A model generated the notes under the pieces. The model was not told the origin of the DNA and did no database searches. It worked only from the letters and a program-made list of their open reading frames with translations. From Ophelia neglecta (Eukaryota), in the NCBI GenBank assembly GCA_965285935.1, contig OZ260666.1:43028001-43092000 (forward strand): a stretch of 64,000 nucleotides of DNA, read 5' to 3'. Numbering within the stretch: position 1 is the stretch's first letter; each line of letters starts with the position of its first letter. Positions 27,341-41,337 of this stretch are shown here, one piece after another. A program made the translations under genes and the position numbers.

Positions 27341-30300
27341 GTGAGTAGCATCAGTGTGCTAAAATGTACCTGGTAAGAAGCATTTTTTCCTAATTTGAAG
27401 TAGTAAATCTCCTAAAGATTAGCCTGAAGGGTAATTTGTGGACCTGTAGAGTTATTATTACACAATAAATTCGGTCTGTTGGCGGGTAGAAGACAAGGCT
27501 CTGAGCAGAGAGAGTAAACAAATGTTCTCACCACCCACAGCTCCCTGGTATAATAGACACAGTCCCCATAAGTTCATACATCGGTCTATGGTTTCTTAAT
27601 TAGACCTTGTTTAAAGTTGGTATCTGATTGGTCAACTGTTTTATGTGAGGTCTAATGACATTACAACCAAAAATGGGGGAATCTGTCAAGTGGATTTAGA
27701 TGATGGAATTTAAGGGTATTTGGAATTATGGTAAACATTATAAGGGCATTATTTTCCCTTCTAATTCATGTGCAATGACTTATTTAGCTATAAAAAGTTC
27801 TTTCAGTGGACAAAATGGGTTCAAAAATTATATATTTAAATGGTGGTATGAGATTCTCTTAATAGAACAAGTTTAAGAATTTAGAAAGAGTTGAGCTCTG
27901 CTGTTTTGTTTGGCATGGCGGCATATTGAGTTTAGATTGGTTCCTGTCTGTCAACAGACTGTATTCAGGTCTTCAATAGGCAGGACCTGGGGTTAAACTG
28001 GCACCAGTTTGAGGTGAGAGGGCAGACAGATTTACGTGTGCAGGGTAAGGCACTGTAGCTCCCACATCTGTGTGCTAGATGTAGTGTGCAATCGGATGAT
28101 AGGGTCTTGTGGGAGGAAGTGTAAACATAAAAAGTTTCAGCTAGTTTTTTGCTGTGGACGGCCTAGGATAGACAGAGACACATAACTCACCAACAATTGA
28201 TTTCTTTGTTATGAGATTCCAGAGTGAGATACAGTGTCTGCTAGTTCACTGAGAGAACATATATCACACAGTTTGCTGTGTTGGTAATAAGATAAAGCAA
28301 GGAACCCCATACAAGACATGTAGTAAAAAATGCTTTAAGCCTGTATCTCTAATTGAACTGTGGCACATATAATTTATTTTTCATGTGTTATGAGTGTGGG
28401 AACAGCATTTTATGTTATTTATGTGATCTAGAATGTCCTGCCCCTGACAGAAAGAGAATCTGACAAAGAACTGGTCTCCAGAATAGTCAGCCATTAGTGT
28501 GAGACCCTGTTTTTAGCTAATGATTAGTGTAATGACTGAGAACTATTTGCTGTACTCCAGTAACCAAGTAGGTGTCCAGCCAAGTGATTTGTAAACATGC
28601 CTTGGTGCTCTAGCAGGTGGTTGGCTTACAGAAGAAGACAAGATCCATCTTAACTCAGAAATACTTGACTGTCTTGAAATACCTGTCAAAACTTCTACTA
28701 ACCTTATTGATGCTAATTTTTCTTTAACAATTCTAGTCACATACTTCATTAATTTTCTAGTTAATTAATTTGTAATTTAATATACATAGCTGTAATTTGT
28801 AATGGTGGCCCATTTCCACACTTAAAATTGATTTGTTGTGGAGTGCTGAGTTTTATGTCCATGGTTTGTACTTGTTAATGCCATGGCATGTTTCACCATC
28901 AACTACAGGTATCCCAGGTGACCTAGGGGCTACGCTCCCAGCTGTCCTAGAAACACATTTGATCTTTTTGTTGCTAGTTATGAATAATCAATGGTAATGT
29001 TAGTGCCTGTTGTGGGAATTTAATTTTTTTCAAAGTAATCTTAAATGCAAATATTCAGGTCAGAATTCTACACAGGAAATTCATTGGTTTAAAACTGTAG
29101 AAATTGTTGTTTTATTTGCTAGCATTTGTCAAGCTTCCAAATTTTAGTTTTCAGGAACTTTGTTCCATGAATAATTTATTTATTTAAGTGTGGAATTTTT
29201 GTGCAGTTGTAGGTGCAAACAAGTGATATTGTCGGCAAAGGCAAAGCTAATCAACTAGGTTTACTAGGCTGATCTTCTTGTTGAACTTTATTGCCTTTTT
29301 GTTGATAATACATCTGGGGCAATCAGTGTTTACTGTAATTTGTACCTCCACCCATTGAGTGACCAAGAAATGATTAATGTTTAATGTTAATGATTAGGAG
29401 GACAGTGTCTGTGACTAGAGTGGAGTGACCAGAACAGACTCAAGTTTTCCTATGTTATATCAGAGATCTACACATCATTGTATTAACCTCCCTGGTTATG
29501 TACACTAGTCAAGGGCCTAGCTATGCTGTTTGAGCTTAGGCTTGCCCTCCAATGACTTTTCTCTTCCCTGAGTTGTCCACAAAGCAGGAGATTTCAAGAA
29601 GTGAATGCTGGGACAATAAGGCCCTAGGCAGCTATCTTTCAACTAAGACAAATGATCAGCCATTAAAATTTACTTTATCTGAAGTGCAACATAATGTATG
29701 AATTTCAAACCATCAGTTATAAGGAAAATATATAATTAGTGGTAAAGGCATGTTATTAAACATTGGAGATATGTAATTGGAGAAGGAAATAGAATAGACA
29801 TACATCCTACTTAGGACAAATCAGCACCAACTGGTCTTAAGTAGACATTAATAAGATGAGAAAGACAAGCAACTTACACCATTAAAATAGAACTGAAATG
29901 ATGAAAAAGTTTGAGAACTTTATCAATACACAGTTTGTTTTAATACATTTTTACCTTCTGCCTGTTATAGGTTAGTTGTAGCAGCTTCACCAACTAGCCA
30001 AGACATCTAAGCCGGTGAAATCCTATGTGACTCACACACTGTAAAGTATATTAACATAGGCCCGTGGGTGGTGAATATATCTCTAGAGGCCCTTCTGTGT
30101 TTCTGCTATCTTGAATGTAACCCAGCCAGGTTTTATTAGGAATCATATCACTGCCTAGGTCTATTGTAAACACCTCCCATGCTGGTCCCTGTCCCATTTG
30201 CCCCTGTTGTACCTGTAATGTAATGAGATGATAGTACTATCTACTGATCTACTGACCAGCTCACCAGCACTAAAACACCAGTATGTTGGTGGTGGGGCAT

Positions 30301-30435
30301 TACTTGTTTTTTCAGGGATGGTATTTGGTGTGTTGACTGAAATTTAGAACAAAGGTGCTAGTATTTTTTTGTGTCTCTGACTTGGCCAACAAATATACCA
30401 AACTTCAACATATATTGAACCTTATGGTCCCCGAA

Positions 30436-30585
30436 ACTCTTCCCCTCTCAGACAGAGGTCCAGGTACATTCTGCTCCCAGAACCTCTCCCTCTCAGACAG
30501 AGGTCCAGGTACATTCAGCTCCCAGAACCTCTCCCCCTCACAGAGAGCCAGCCAGGTACTTTCTGCAACCCAAACCTCCCCCTTC
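30436..30585. repeat. 45-bp tandem repeat, about 3 copies (third diverged)
   Basis: GACAGAGGTCCAGGTACATTC(T/A)GCTCCCAGAACCTCTCCC at 30451 and 30496. Confidence 0.9.
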
Positions 30586-31667
30586 TGAGAAGACTGGGAA
30601 CAATCTGCTGCCAGATGGAAACCGCCCGTCTCTGGGAGAGAAGATGGCTCTGAAGAAAACATGCTGTTGACATACCTTCAGCATGCAGTCTCCATTCACA
30701 TGCAGTGAACAGTGATGCAAATTAAGATAAAATTGTGCTAGTAAACTGGGCTCATTAAAAAAAGCTATAAAAGAAGTGTGCCCTGCAGAAGAAAATGGTT
30801 CATAGGAAACAGAACCTTAAAAGGATTGTGCAATGCCTGAATGATGACTTTTAATCATATACATTTCAGATAGAGCTGTTGCCTGTGATGTGTGTGAGGG
30901 GAGGGGGTAATGATACAGTGCCTTTAAGGAAGAAAGAAGCCCCCCTACCTATTCTATTACCCCTCCCCCCACCCCCCTCACAAGCAAATGCATTTTGTCA
31001 AGTCCCTAAGTGGCTGGTCAGCAATGTATAGTGACCATAGGGAACATGTATATAAACAAGATCATCCAAGTCACTAACGCATTAGCTGTGTATACACATC
31101 CTTTATAAATAGCCCCAGGTTACAATTATAACTTGGGTCTCTTCTTACTAATATTAAATGACCTGGAAATGATTAACAATGAATAAAATTTTAGAACCTG
31201 AAATGTTTCTTGCATATTAGCTGAATTGAGCTCAAAGTACATTCTTATTTACACCTTGTGTGATATTTTAATTTTGAATTTCTTTTAAAATTTTAATTAC
31301 CTGTACATGTTTTTGGTCTGGAAAAAATGCAACATTTTGCACAATTAAATTTCTTTTGATGGCACACATGACATTCCCTAGTTTTGCTCACATGCAGCGA
31401 TCTGCTAGATACATGAGTGACAAATTTTACTAGTTTGCTGTCATGAATGATGTATGTACCAAATTAGTTGGTTGAAAAAGTATGATTGGAACCTGAGAAA
31501 TTAAAAACTACATTTAATGGTACAATTTCTTCGAAATTGCAACATTAGGTTAAAAACTGGAGTGGCACGTGTAGCACTCGCTCCTCTAAAGTTATGGCGT
31601 CTAAATGAAAATTAAAATGTTTTGTAATGCGGTATATGTTTTAGATGGTGTTCTCTTCTGTTTTTCC

Positions 31668-31736
31668 TATATCTCTCCTCCTTATAACTGAAATAATGTG
31701 TGTATATCTCTCCTCCTTATAACTGAAATAATGTGT
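31668..31736. repeat. 35-bp tandem duplication
   Basis: TATATCTCTCCTCCTTATAACTGAAATAATGTGT at 31668 and 31703. Confidence 0.95.
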
Positions 31737-34350
31737 TATAACACATACATATATCATAAATAGATCTAAGATGGACACCTGTCAAAAAGATGAAGAGAGG
31801 AACTATGTGAAATGAGGGACGAATCATTTAGCCAGAGATATGGCAAATGTCAAACAAACTGGCTGAGCAGAACACTATCTGAGCTGTACTCCTGTGAATG
31901 TTGATGACTGTGGCCAGACATCAGGCTACAGATACACGTATACAGGTTTACAGAGAAGGCAAACTAAAGCCATCATCAATGGGACTTTCTCTTGTCATAA
32001 AGAAAGATTTTACACTACGCTAAGTATCTGAAATTTGTTTTGTTTCAGATAGATATTTGGAGTTTTTTTGGTTGATCGGGAATCACAACTACAGAATAGA
32101 AATTTGTTGAATATTGCTTGGACATATTTGAATTTCTCTTCTAGAGATTAAAAGTCAATCACAATTGACTGCAGTTTTTATATTGCAAGCATGTGATATA
32201 GTCTTTGTTCCTATCCACACATCCTAGCCTCCACTCCTCTCTGCCCCAAGTCCATAAGTTGAGCCCCCCCCCCCCCCTCTGCCCCCAGGCCCAGGAGTGC
32301 AGTATAGGTGTGTGATCTAGAGAACAGTTGGTCTTTCAGCTCAGGAACTCCTCAGTCCTCACACACGCCTAAGCTGGGGAGCTGGGTCCATGAGGAAGTG
32401 TCTATCCCTGCTAGAATACAATGATATCATAGGAGTGACATTGCTGCTGAATCATGAGGATTGTCTTTATATAAATCAAGAGTTCCTCAGGAGCTGTGAG
32501 GATATTGGAGCTGTGAAGTTCCGTTGGACACTTTCATTCATAATCTAGCTGTACATATGAAGTTTTTGTCAACCTGTATTCATTTCGATGACCCTGTAGG
32601 TGGGTCTGGCTTGAATGTGCACAGGCAGAGTTGAAGGTCATGGACAGACCAGCTGTTGAGCAAAACACTAGGAGTCCTTTGATGTGCCATGGTTTTTCGA
32701 TGCAATGTTTTTTTATAATCTCAGGCTGTGTGGTAAAGGCCTGGACACGTCTTCATACACAAGATGATCCCTGTGTGAAAATAAATATATACAATTGCTA
32801 CTGAGAGGAGCTCTGTAAGACGTCGTTATTGGTTGATACTTAGGATAGATTTGGATTTAACTGCCTAAAAGATTACATTTCCTATAGAAGAATCGATTTC
32901 TGATTGGCCATTTTAACTGGCTGCACAGGAGCAGTCATCTGTGGGTCTTTAAAACAATAATCAATCATAAATGGAACGCTGAATTGGAAAGAGTTTCTTC
33001 ATGGCAAATTGGGCAACTGCTTTGACAAAATCAGTGATCATATTGTTGGTAGCAAAGCAGTTTTAATGACTTCTAATACTGATAAATAATGTGTCGGCCA
33101 TTAGCAGTCATGCTGTAATTAAAGAGTAATGTCATTTCTCATGTTGGTAGGAACTGAGAAAATATGAAATCATGAACGTATATCTCGTGTGTCTCCACTA
33201 ATGGATTTGTAGATAAGGGGAAGGTTAAAGAAACTGCCTGAGTGTGACAAGATCAAGATCTTTGTGGTGTGCAGGGAGGGCTGAGCAGGGCTCAGAGAAG
33301 ACTGGTATCCAGAGATGTTTGTCTGGGGTTAATAGGGCGCTGAGAGAGTGTGCCCTGTCAGGGTGGCCGCACAGCTGGGTGGCCTCCACAGGGACACCGT
33401 CCACACAAGGCACCAAGGCTCACTCTTCCTGCTGCAAAACCACATGCTTCAATGACAGGAAACACCCTACTTATAAATCTATATACTGGTAGCAACAATT
33501 ATTACACAGAAAGTTCTCTTCATCTTTTTGGAATCAAACCAGTGGCTTTCCATGCAAAGTCCAACCCTAATTACCAGTGGCTGAGTAATTATTCAGAGTT
33601 CCAGTAATGAGTAACACATAATATAATAATGCCTTTGGACATTCAGGATATCTGATACAGATCTGAATTAAAATCACAGCACACAAGTTACAAATACTTG
33701 TGGTGAGGCTACATCTGTTGTCGGAGTGGTAAAGTGCCTGTAATCTGTGTGACATGCCACACACTAGAGCAGGATGGAGATTTCTATTCACTAATATTGA
33801 AAACAGTCACTTCTCTTGGGGACACTTTGTCTAGAATTGTTTTCACTCCCATTTTGAAATAACCCAGGGTTGCAAGCATATCCAGAAGTGAGAGCCTAGA
33901 ACTACATCTAAAGAGTGATCTCTCTGGGACTGCTACCATCACAAGGAATTCCTGTCAGTGAACATTTAATTCTCTCTTTATACTTTTAATATATATACAT
34001 TTGTATAGTGCAAAAAAGACTACAATATGAAATTGAAGTTGTTAAAACGTGGTGGATTCGTTGAGCAGGAGGATTTTACTTGGATTCAGGTGGGTCACAT
34101 GATAAAGAACCAGTTTTAAAGAAAATGATTTATGTCCAGTAATTGTAGGAATACACTGTAAAGTATTTCCTCATATATACATTGTAGCTACCTGTAGTCT
34201 GGATCATGGAACCTATTGCACTGTAAAATGAGCATGATTGGTACTTGTAGATGGTTCAGTAGTGTAGCTACATGCCAGTTTTAGGCTGGAGATATACATT
34301 TATTGTAGACAATGTCGAGAAGGAGAGTTACTTGTTCTCAAGACAGTCTT

Positions 34351-37300
34351 GAGCAGTAGAATCCTGTTGGAGTCCTTGTATTATAACCAGTTTAGAGCAG
34401 GACATGTCTCTGTATTGTAATATGTCTTGAGCAGGGGAGGTCCCTACGTTAACTTGCTCTGAGCAAGAGTGCTCCCTGTATTGTAACCTGTTTGGAGCAG
34501 TAGAGGTCCCTGTATAGTGTCCTGTTTTGAGCAGGAGAGGTCCCTATGTTGTAACCTGTTTTGAGCAGATGACCCTGTCTTGTACCTGACTTGAGCAGTA
34601 GAGGCCCCTCTATTGTAACCTGACTTGAGCAGTAGAGGCCCCTCTATTGTAACCTGACTTGAGCAGTAGAGGCCCCTCTATTGTAACCTGACTTGAGCAG
34701 TAGAGGCCCCTCTATTGTAACCTGACTTGAGCAGTAGAGGTCCCTCTATTGTAACCTGACTTGAGCAGTAGAGGCCCCTCTATTGTAACCTGACTTGAGC
34801 AGTAGAGGCCCCTCTATTGTAACCTGACTTGAGCAGTAGAGGCCCCTCTATTGTAACCTGACTTGAGCAGTAGAGGTCCCTCTATTGTAACCTGACTTGA
34901 GCAGTAGAGGCCCCTCTATTGTAACCTGACTTGAGCAGTAGAGGTCCTTGTATTGTTACCTTATTGAGCAGTAGAGGTCCCTGTATTGTTACCTGTATTG
35001 AGCAGTAGAGGTCCCTGTATTGTTACCTGTATTGAGCAGTAGAGGTCCCTGTATTGTTACTTCCTGTATTGAGCAGTAGAGGTCCTTGTATTGTTACCTG
35101 TATTGAGCAGAAGAGGTCCCTGTATTGTTACCTGAATTGAGCAGTAGAGGTCCTTGTATTGTTACCTTATTGAGCAGTAGAGGTCCCTGTTTTGTTACCT
35201 GTATTGAGCAGTAGAGGTCCCTGTATTGTTACTTGTATTGAGCAGTAGAGGTCCCTGTATTGTTACTTCCTGTATTGAGCAGTAGAGGTCCTTGTATTGT
35301 TACCTGTATTGAGCAGAAGAGGTCCCTGTATTGTTACCTGACTTGAGCAGTAGAGGTCCTTGTATTGTTACCTGTATGGAGCAGTAGAGGTCCCTGTATT
35401 GTTACCTGTATTGAGCAGTAGAGGTCCTTGTATTGTTACCTGACATGAGCTGTAGAGGTCCTTGTATTGTTACCTGTATTGAGCAGTAGAGGTCCCTGTA
35501 TTGTTACCTGACTTGAGCAGTAGAGGTCCTTGTATTGTTACCTGTATTGAGCAGTAGAGGTCCCTGTATTGTTACCTGACTTGAGCAGTAGAGGTCCTTG
35601 TATTGATACCTGACTTGAGCAGTAGAGGTCCTTATATTGTTACCTGTATTGTTACCTGTATTGAGCAGTAGAGGTCCCTGTATTGTTACCTGTATTGAGC
35701 AGGAGAGGTCCCTGTATTGTTACCGGTATTGAGCAGTAGAGGTCCTTGTATTGTTACCTGTATTGAGCAGAAGAGGTCCCTGTATTGTTACCTGACTTGA
35801 GCAGTAGAGGTCCTTGTATTGTTACCTGTATGGAGCAGTAGAGGTCCCTGTATTGTTACCTGTATTGAGCAGTAGAGGTCCTTGTATTGTTACCTGACAT
35901 GAGCTGTAGAGGTCCTTGTATTGTTACCTGTATTGAGCAGTAGAGGTCCCTGTATTGTTACCTGACTTGAGCAGTAGAGGTCCTTGTATTGTTACCTGTA
36001 TTGAGCAGTAGAGGTCCCTGTATTGTTACCTGACTTGAGCAGTAGAGGTCCTTGTATTGATACCTGACTTGAGCAGTAGAAGTCCTTATATTGTTACCTG
36101 TATTGTTACCTGTATTGAGCAGTAGAGGTCCCTGTATTGTTTCCTGTATTGAGCAGGAGAGGTCCCTGTATTGTTACCTGTATTGAGCAGGAGAGGTTCC
36201 TGTATTGTTATCGGCATTGAGCAGGAGAGGTTCCTGTATTGTTACCTGACTTGAGCAGTAGAGGTCCTTGTATTGTTACCTGACTTGAGCAGTAGAGGTC
36301 CTTGTATTGTTACCTGACTTGAGCAGTAGAGGTCCTTATATTGTTACCTGTATTGTTACCTGTATTGAGCAGTAGAGGTCCCTGTATTGTTACCTGTATT
36401 GGGCAGGAGAGGTCCCTGTATTGTTACCTGTATTGAGCAGGAGAGGTCCCTGTATTGTTACCGGTATTGTGCAGGAGAGGTACCGGTATTGTTTCCTGTA
36501 TTGAGCAGGAGAGGTCCCTGTATTGTTACCTGTATTGAGCAGGAGAGGTTCCTGTATTGTTATCGGCATTGAGCAGGAGAGGTCCTTGTATTGTTACCTG
36601 ACTTGAGCAGTAGAGGTCCTTGTATTGTTACCTGACTTGAGCAGTAGAGGTCCTTGTATTGTTACCTGACTTGAGCAGTAGAGGTCCTTATATTGTTACC
36701 TGTATTGTTACCTGTATTGAGCAGTAGAGGTCCCTGTATTGTTACCTGTATTGAGCAGGAGAGGTCCCTGTATTTTACCGGTGTTGTGCAGGAGAGGTAC
36801 CGGTATTGTTTCCTGTATTGAGCAGGAGAGGTCCCTGTACTGTTACCTGTATTGAGCAGGAGAGGTTCCTGTATTGTTACCTGTATTGTGCAGGAGAGGT
36901 ACCGGTATTGTTACCTGTATTGAGCAGGAAAGGTCCCTGTATTGTTACATGTATTGAGCAGGAGAGGTCCCTGTATTGTTACCTGTATTGAGCAGGAGAG
37001 GTCCCTGTATTGTTACCGGTATTGTGCAGGAGAGGTACCGGTATTGTTTCCTGTATTGAGCAGGAAAGGTCCCTGTATTGTTACCTGTATTGAGCAGGAG
37101 AGGTTCCTGTATTGTTATTGGCATTGAGCAGGAGAGGTCCTTGTATTGTTACCTGACTTGAGCAGTAGAGGTCCTTGTATTGTTACCTGACTTGAGCAGT
37201 AGAGGTCCTTGTATTGTTACCTGACTTGAGCAGTAGAGGTCCTTATATTGTTACCTGTATTGTTACCTGTATTGAGCAGTAGAGGTCCCTGTATTGTTAC

Positions 37301-37820
37301 CTGTATTGAGCAGGAGAGGTCCCTGTATTTTACCGGTATTGTGCAGGAGAGGTACCTGTATTGTTTCCTGTATTGAGCAGGAGAGGTCCCTGTACTGTTA
37401 CCTGTATTGAGCAGGAGAGGTCCCTGTATTGTTACCTGTATTGTGCAGGAGAGGTACCGGTATTGTTACCTGTATTGAGCAGGAAAGGTCCCTGTATTGT
37501 TACATGTATTGAGCAGGAGAGGTCCCTGTATTGTTACCTGTATTGAGCAGGAGAGGTCCCTGTATTGTTACCTGTATTGAGCAGGAGAGGTTCCTGTATT
37601 GTTACATGTATTGAGCAGGAGAGGTCCCTGTATTGTTACCTGTATTGAGCAGGAGAGGTCCCTGTATTGTTACCTGTATTGAGCAGGAGAGGTCCCTGTA
37701 TTGTTACCTGTATTGAGCAGGAGAGGTTCCTGTATTGTTACATGTATTGAGCAGGAGAGGTCCCTGTATTGTTACCTGTATTGAGCAGGAAAAGTCCCTG
37801 TATTATAACCTGTCTTCAGC
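34351..37820. repeat. 34-bp minisatellite, about 100 copies, consensus GAGCAG(T/G)AGAGGTCCCTGTATTGTTACCTG(TA/AC)TT
   Basis: Units start at 34593, 34627, 34661, 34695... (34-nt period); degenerate copies at 34351-34592; higher-order duplications present. Confidence 0.98.
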
Positions 37821-40800
37821 CATGGAGCCAACTGAACAGTTTTTAGTGACATGAGTAGTATTGAGGGGAGGAGAAGCTGTATTTCACCTGGAGTATGTGT
37901 TTAAAGTTAGGAGCCTGCTCCATGGTTATGTGATGGTTGGTGTTCTATCAGTCAGTGTGTACTTTGTCACTGTCATAGCTGTCAGTGTTATGACCTCCCT
38001 CCTCACATACTGACTTTAAGGCTTTGAGAGGACTCAGACAGGTGTTCATACATGTATTCCACAATGACCCCAGGTTTCAGTGGTATTGACCAGTTACCTG
38101 ACTGTGAGATGGGGTTAACACTCCAAGGCCATCGAGCTATCAGTCTAAATACACAGTGATTAGAGGAGCAATGTAATCTCTAAATTGACTTGGACAATGT
38201 TATTATTGTTATGGCTCTTTTTGGTATTTTTTATAGAATGTGTACAGCAGGTTCTAAGCTGTCTCTCAATCTCAAGCCAATAAGTTAGAAAATAGTTAAA
38301 TAAAAGAATTATATATTAATAACAAAGTAAACTTAAAAAGGTGGTTTAGCCTTACATTTAATCATCACTGGCCTGAAATGTCCCATTTTCATGTTTTCCA
38401 TAAAAAAATAAGCTTCCTGAATTTTTTTTTAAATCCGTCTTTACTCCTAGGATGGTTAAACTAGTTCACTCACTACTCTTCTCTACTTACAATAATATTA
38501 TTGTCAGCAGAGATTTTAGCTGTGGTCTTGCTCTAAATTCTCAAGGAAACAAGGCAGGATCACATCACTATGTGTCACATTTTGTTAAACTTGATATTAA
38601 ATGGATTATGATAAATGGATTACGTCACCGGCTGGCCACATTTAAATCTCTGTGTGGGTATCTGGCATATACAGCACTGAGAAAGGGCTTCGGATGCTGG
38701 TACCCTGGCTAACCCTACCTCTAATCAAGGTAGCGCTCCAGGTGCAAATGTAAAAAGAATTTTGCTAGTACTAAGGGGTCTTTTATTACCAGGTTTTGAA
38801 ATGAAAATGGTTAAAGTCATGAGGAGTCTGAGTTTTGCACTGCCCCTCGCCCTCTTCCCCATTGATCTGTCAAATTTTGTAGCAGTATATGCAGCTTTTC
38901 ATGTCAAAACTTGTCAAAACTTATCGTAGCTGCTAGTAGGGCACATCTGAACTAATACGTAAACTAATGATCGGACATCAATCTGCGGAGTGCATTGACC
39001 AGATGCTGAGACCACATACATGTATAGGACAGGAACATTAATCGAAATAATTATCAAATAGTCCTGACAACTTTAGTAATCAAGACAAATATAGCGTTAT
39101 CACAAAAATCAGCCATTCCCTGGTGTGGTTGTGAGGCAACCATTTTTACTCTTTTTGCCCAACTTATTGAGCAACAAGATCCTGATTTTGTAACACTCTC
39201 AATCAATGTATGTTATTAAGCAGTTTAAACTTAAAGGTGTGCAGAGACCTTTTACATTTGAGGTTAACCTTATCAAACTTTCTCCAAATGCTCTATATAC
39301 ATGTACCTGCCTCGTGTTTTTTCTCTGTATTTTTTTTTGCCTACTTTATATTAAACATCTCAAGACAAAGAAAATACTCTACAATTTATGAACAAATTTG
39401 CACTATCAAAAACAGATGCATGTACTGGCAGATGGAGAATGAACAATAAGGATTCAATGACTAAACCATATGGCACTGCATGAAGTTAGATTTTTAGACA
39501 AAATTAAACAACTGTTTACTGTTGGGTAAATAATTGGTAATCAGTTAAGGTACCATACCTTAAATACTATGTTTATAAATTTTACACAGAAGAATTAAAT
39601 GGTTGGCAGTGTAAAATGCTCTGGCAAATACCAAAGGGGCCTACATGTTAAAGATATTTTTTGGCTCAATTACAATTATGTGTTTCGTTAGATATTGAAA
39701 GGTACCTTGGGTATAGTCCAAAAAAAAGTTTAATTTATTATCATAATTGAATGATAACTTAGATCAATCAATTTTTTATAGGCTCCACACTATGCAGATA
39801 TAAGTTGGGGGTTTAGAATCAGTCTGACAAAATGATCTCTGTAAATCTAGATAAATACCAATAAATGAGGCTTCCCTTTCAAGGGCACTGACACTATTTA
39901 CAGACACAGTGAGTGCCATCGGAGCGTTAGGTACGTGCTGGGACTCTCGTGTACTTTTATTAACTCTGTTTGACATGACTTTCAATGTAAAACAGAAAAA
40001 CCTTTGCAGCTATAAAATTTTGACATTTGCACACTTTCAAAGTTAGACAATGTCACCAGTCTGAGATTGCATTGGGCATTTTTCAGCTGGTAGATTTATT
40101 TCTGAAAAAGTAAAAAGTCAAGCACAGTTCAGTGTTGTTAATCAGTGTCTGTGCATCTTCAGAGTTAATGAGAAGGGCAGAATGGGTTTGTTGTCACCAT
40201 TGGTTTGGGATTATGCCTTTTGATTTCCTAGTCTACTTCCAATACTTCCATCTTGTGATGTATGCACTTTATTTTACATCTTTATGTTTCTCTTTTGAGA
40301 TTGCACTGCAAAGGATAAAGACTCAGTAGTTTAAACTCTGTATAGTCATTTTTTGGGGTATCTTGAGGCATAAGACTGGAGTTTAGGTCATATATTTTTT
40401 GGCTTATACATTTAGATAGTCTATGTTGGGCTAATGTCATCATTTCTGAATGACTGCTGTTGGCCAACTGATGACAAGAATTCTACAAACAAATCTCCCT
40501 GCAAACTTTTACTTATATATGAACACTTTATTGAAACATGTAGGCCCACGTTCATGAGCTAAGCTGGGAATTAAATTGAGCGGATGGGCCCCTGTCCCAT
40601 GTATGGACAGCTGTTCCGTGGGATAACTGTTTTGTTTTAGTTTCATTGGATGAGTGTACAAATGTGTGAATGTGCCGGAGTGTGATCGAATTAAAGAAAT
40701 GATAATGAATGTTAAATGCACACTAAGTAGAAATCACAAAATAAAACTCAGACTGTATTATTCTTTATATATTCAGAGTGTCCATATAGTTTACACCTAT

Positions 40801-40925
40801 AAAAAATGAACTATGTGATATTTGGTAATCAACTAATTTGGGTATAATAATTGTTTCATTGCTTGAAGTTATTAGTTGGTCCAGATATGATTATACAGTG
40901 AGTTGACCCTGTGCATTTTTTTCAG

Positions 40926-41037
40926 CCCCAGGACTTGGAGTCGCAGACCCACACGTTTAAAGCCAAGGTATTCAAGCGTCCTAGGAACTGTAGTCTGTGT
41001 AAGCAGCTGGTCTGGAATCAAGGAAGTGCTTGTAGAG
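40926..41037 (+). CDS. TNS: Tensin C1 (phorbol-ester/DAG-type zinc finger) exon 1: PQDLESQTHTFKAKVFKRPRNCSLCKQLVWNQGSACR
   Basis: Acceptor TTTTTTTCAG|CCC, donor AGAG|GTAAGA (phase 0 in, phase 1 out); H-x-F...C-x2-C pattern; close resemblance to vertebrate tensin-1 PEDLEAPKTHxFKVKxFKKVKPCGICRQ (recalled, not searched). Confidence 0.9.
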
Positions 41038-41299
41038 GTAAGAAAAGATTATCTGTAATGTAAATTAATACCCCCACCCCACCCGTCCTTGAAATTCACA
41101 TACAGTTGATGTATTTGTTGAGTACTACTAGCTTTCAGTCTTTTTTTACCAGAGGGCACCACATGCTTGCTTACAGGCATACCTTCTGCACTAAACCGAA
41201 CATGTCAATGGATCTGATGATTTAAGTTTTCATAATTAATATTAACATACATTTATGATTCGAGTTACACTAAGTGTGAGGTATATTTGTTAATTTCAG

Positions 41300-41337
41300 T
41301 GTGTAAATATGTTTGCCACAAGCGCTGTGAACCTAGG
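41300..41337 (+). CDS. TNS: Tensin C1 domain exon 2: (V)CKYVCHKRCEPR
   Basis: Acceptor TAATTTCAG|TG, donor AGG|GTGAGT; phase 1 in matches the previous exon (G+TG=Val) and supplies C-x2-C-x4-H-x2-C; phase 0 out. The last C1 cysteine must come from a further exon. Confidence 0.9.

Noticed and set aside
36387-37546. Four similar 61-aa ORFs in the ORF track
   Set aside because: Translations of the 34-bp satellite and its 555-bp higher-order duplication, with non-ATG starts.
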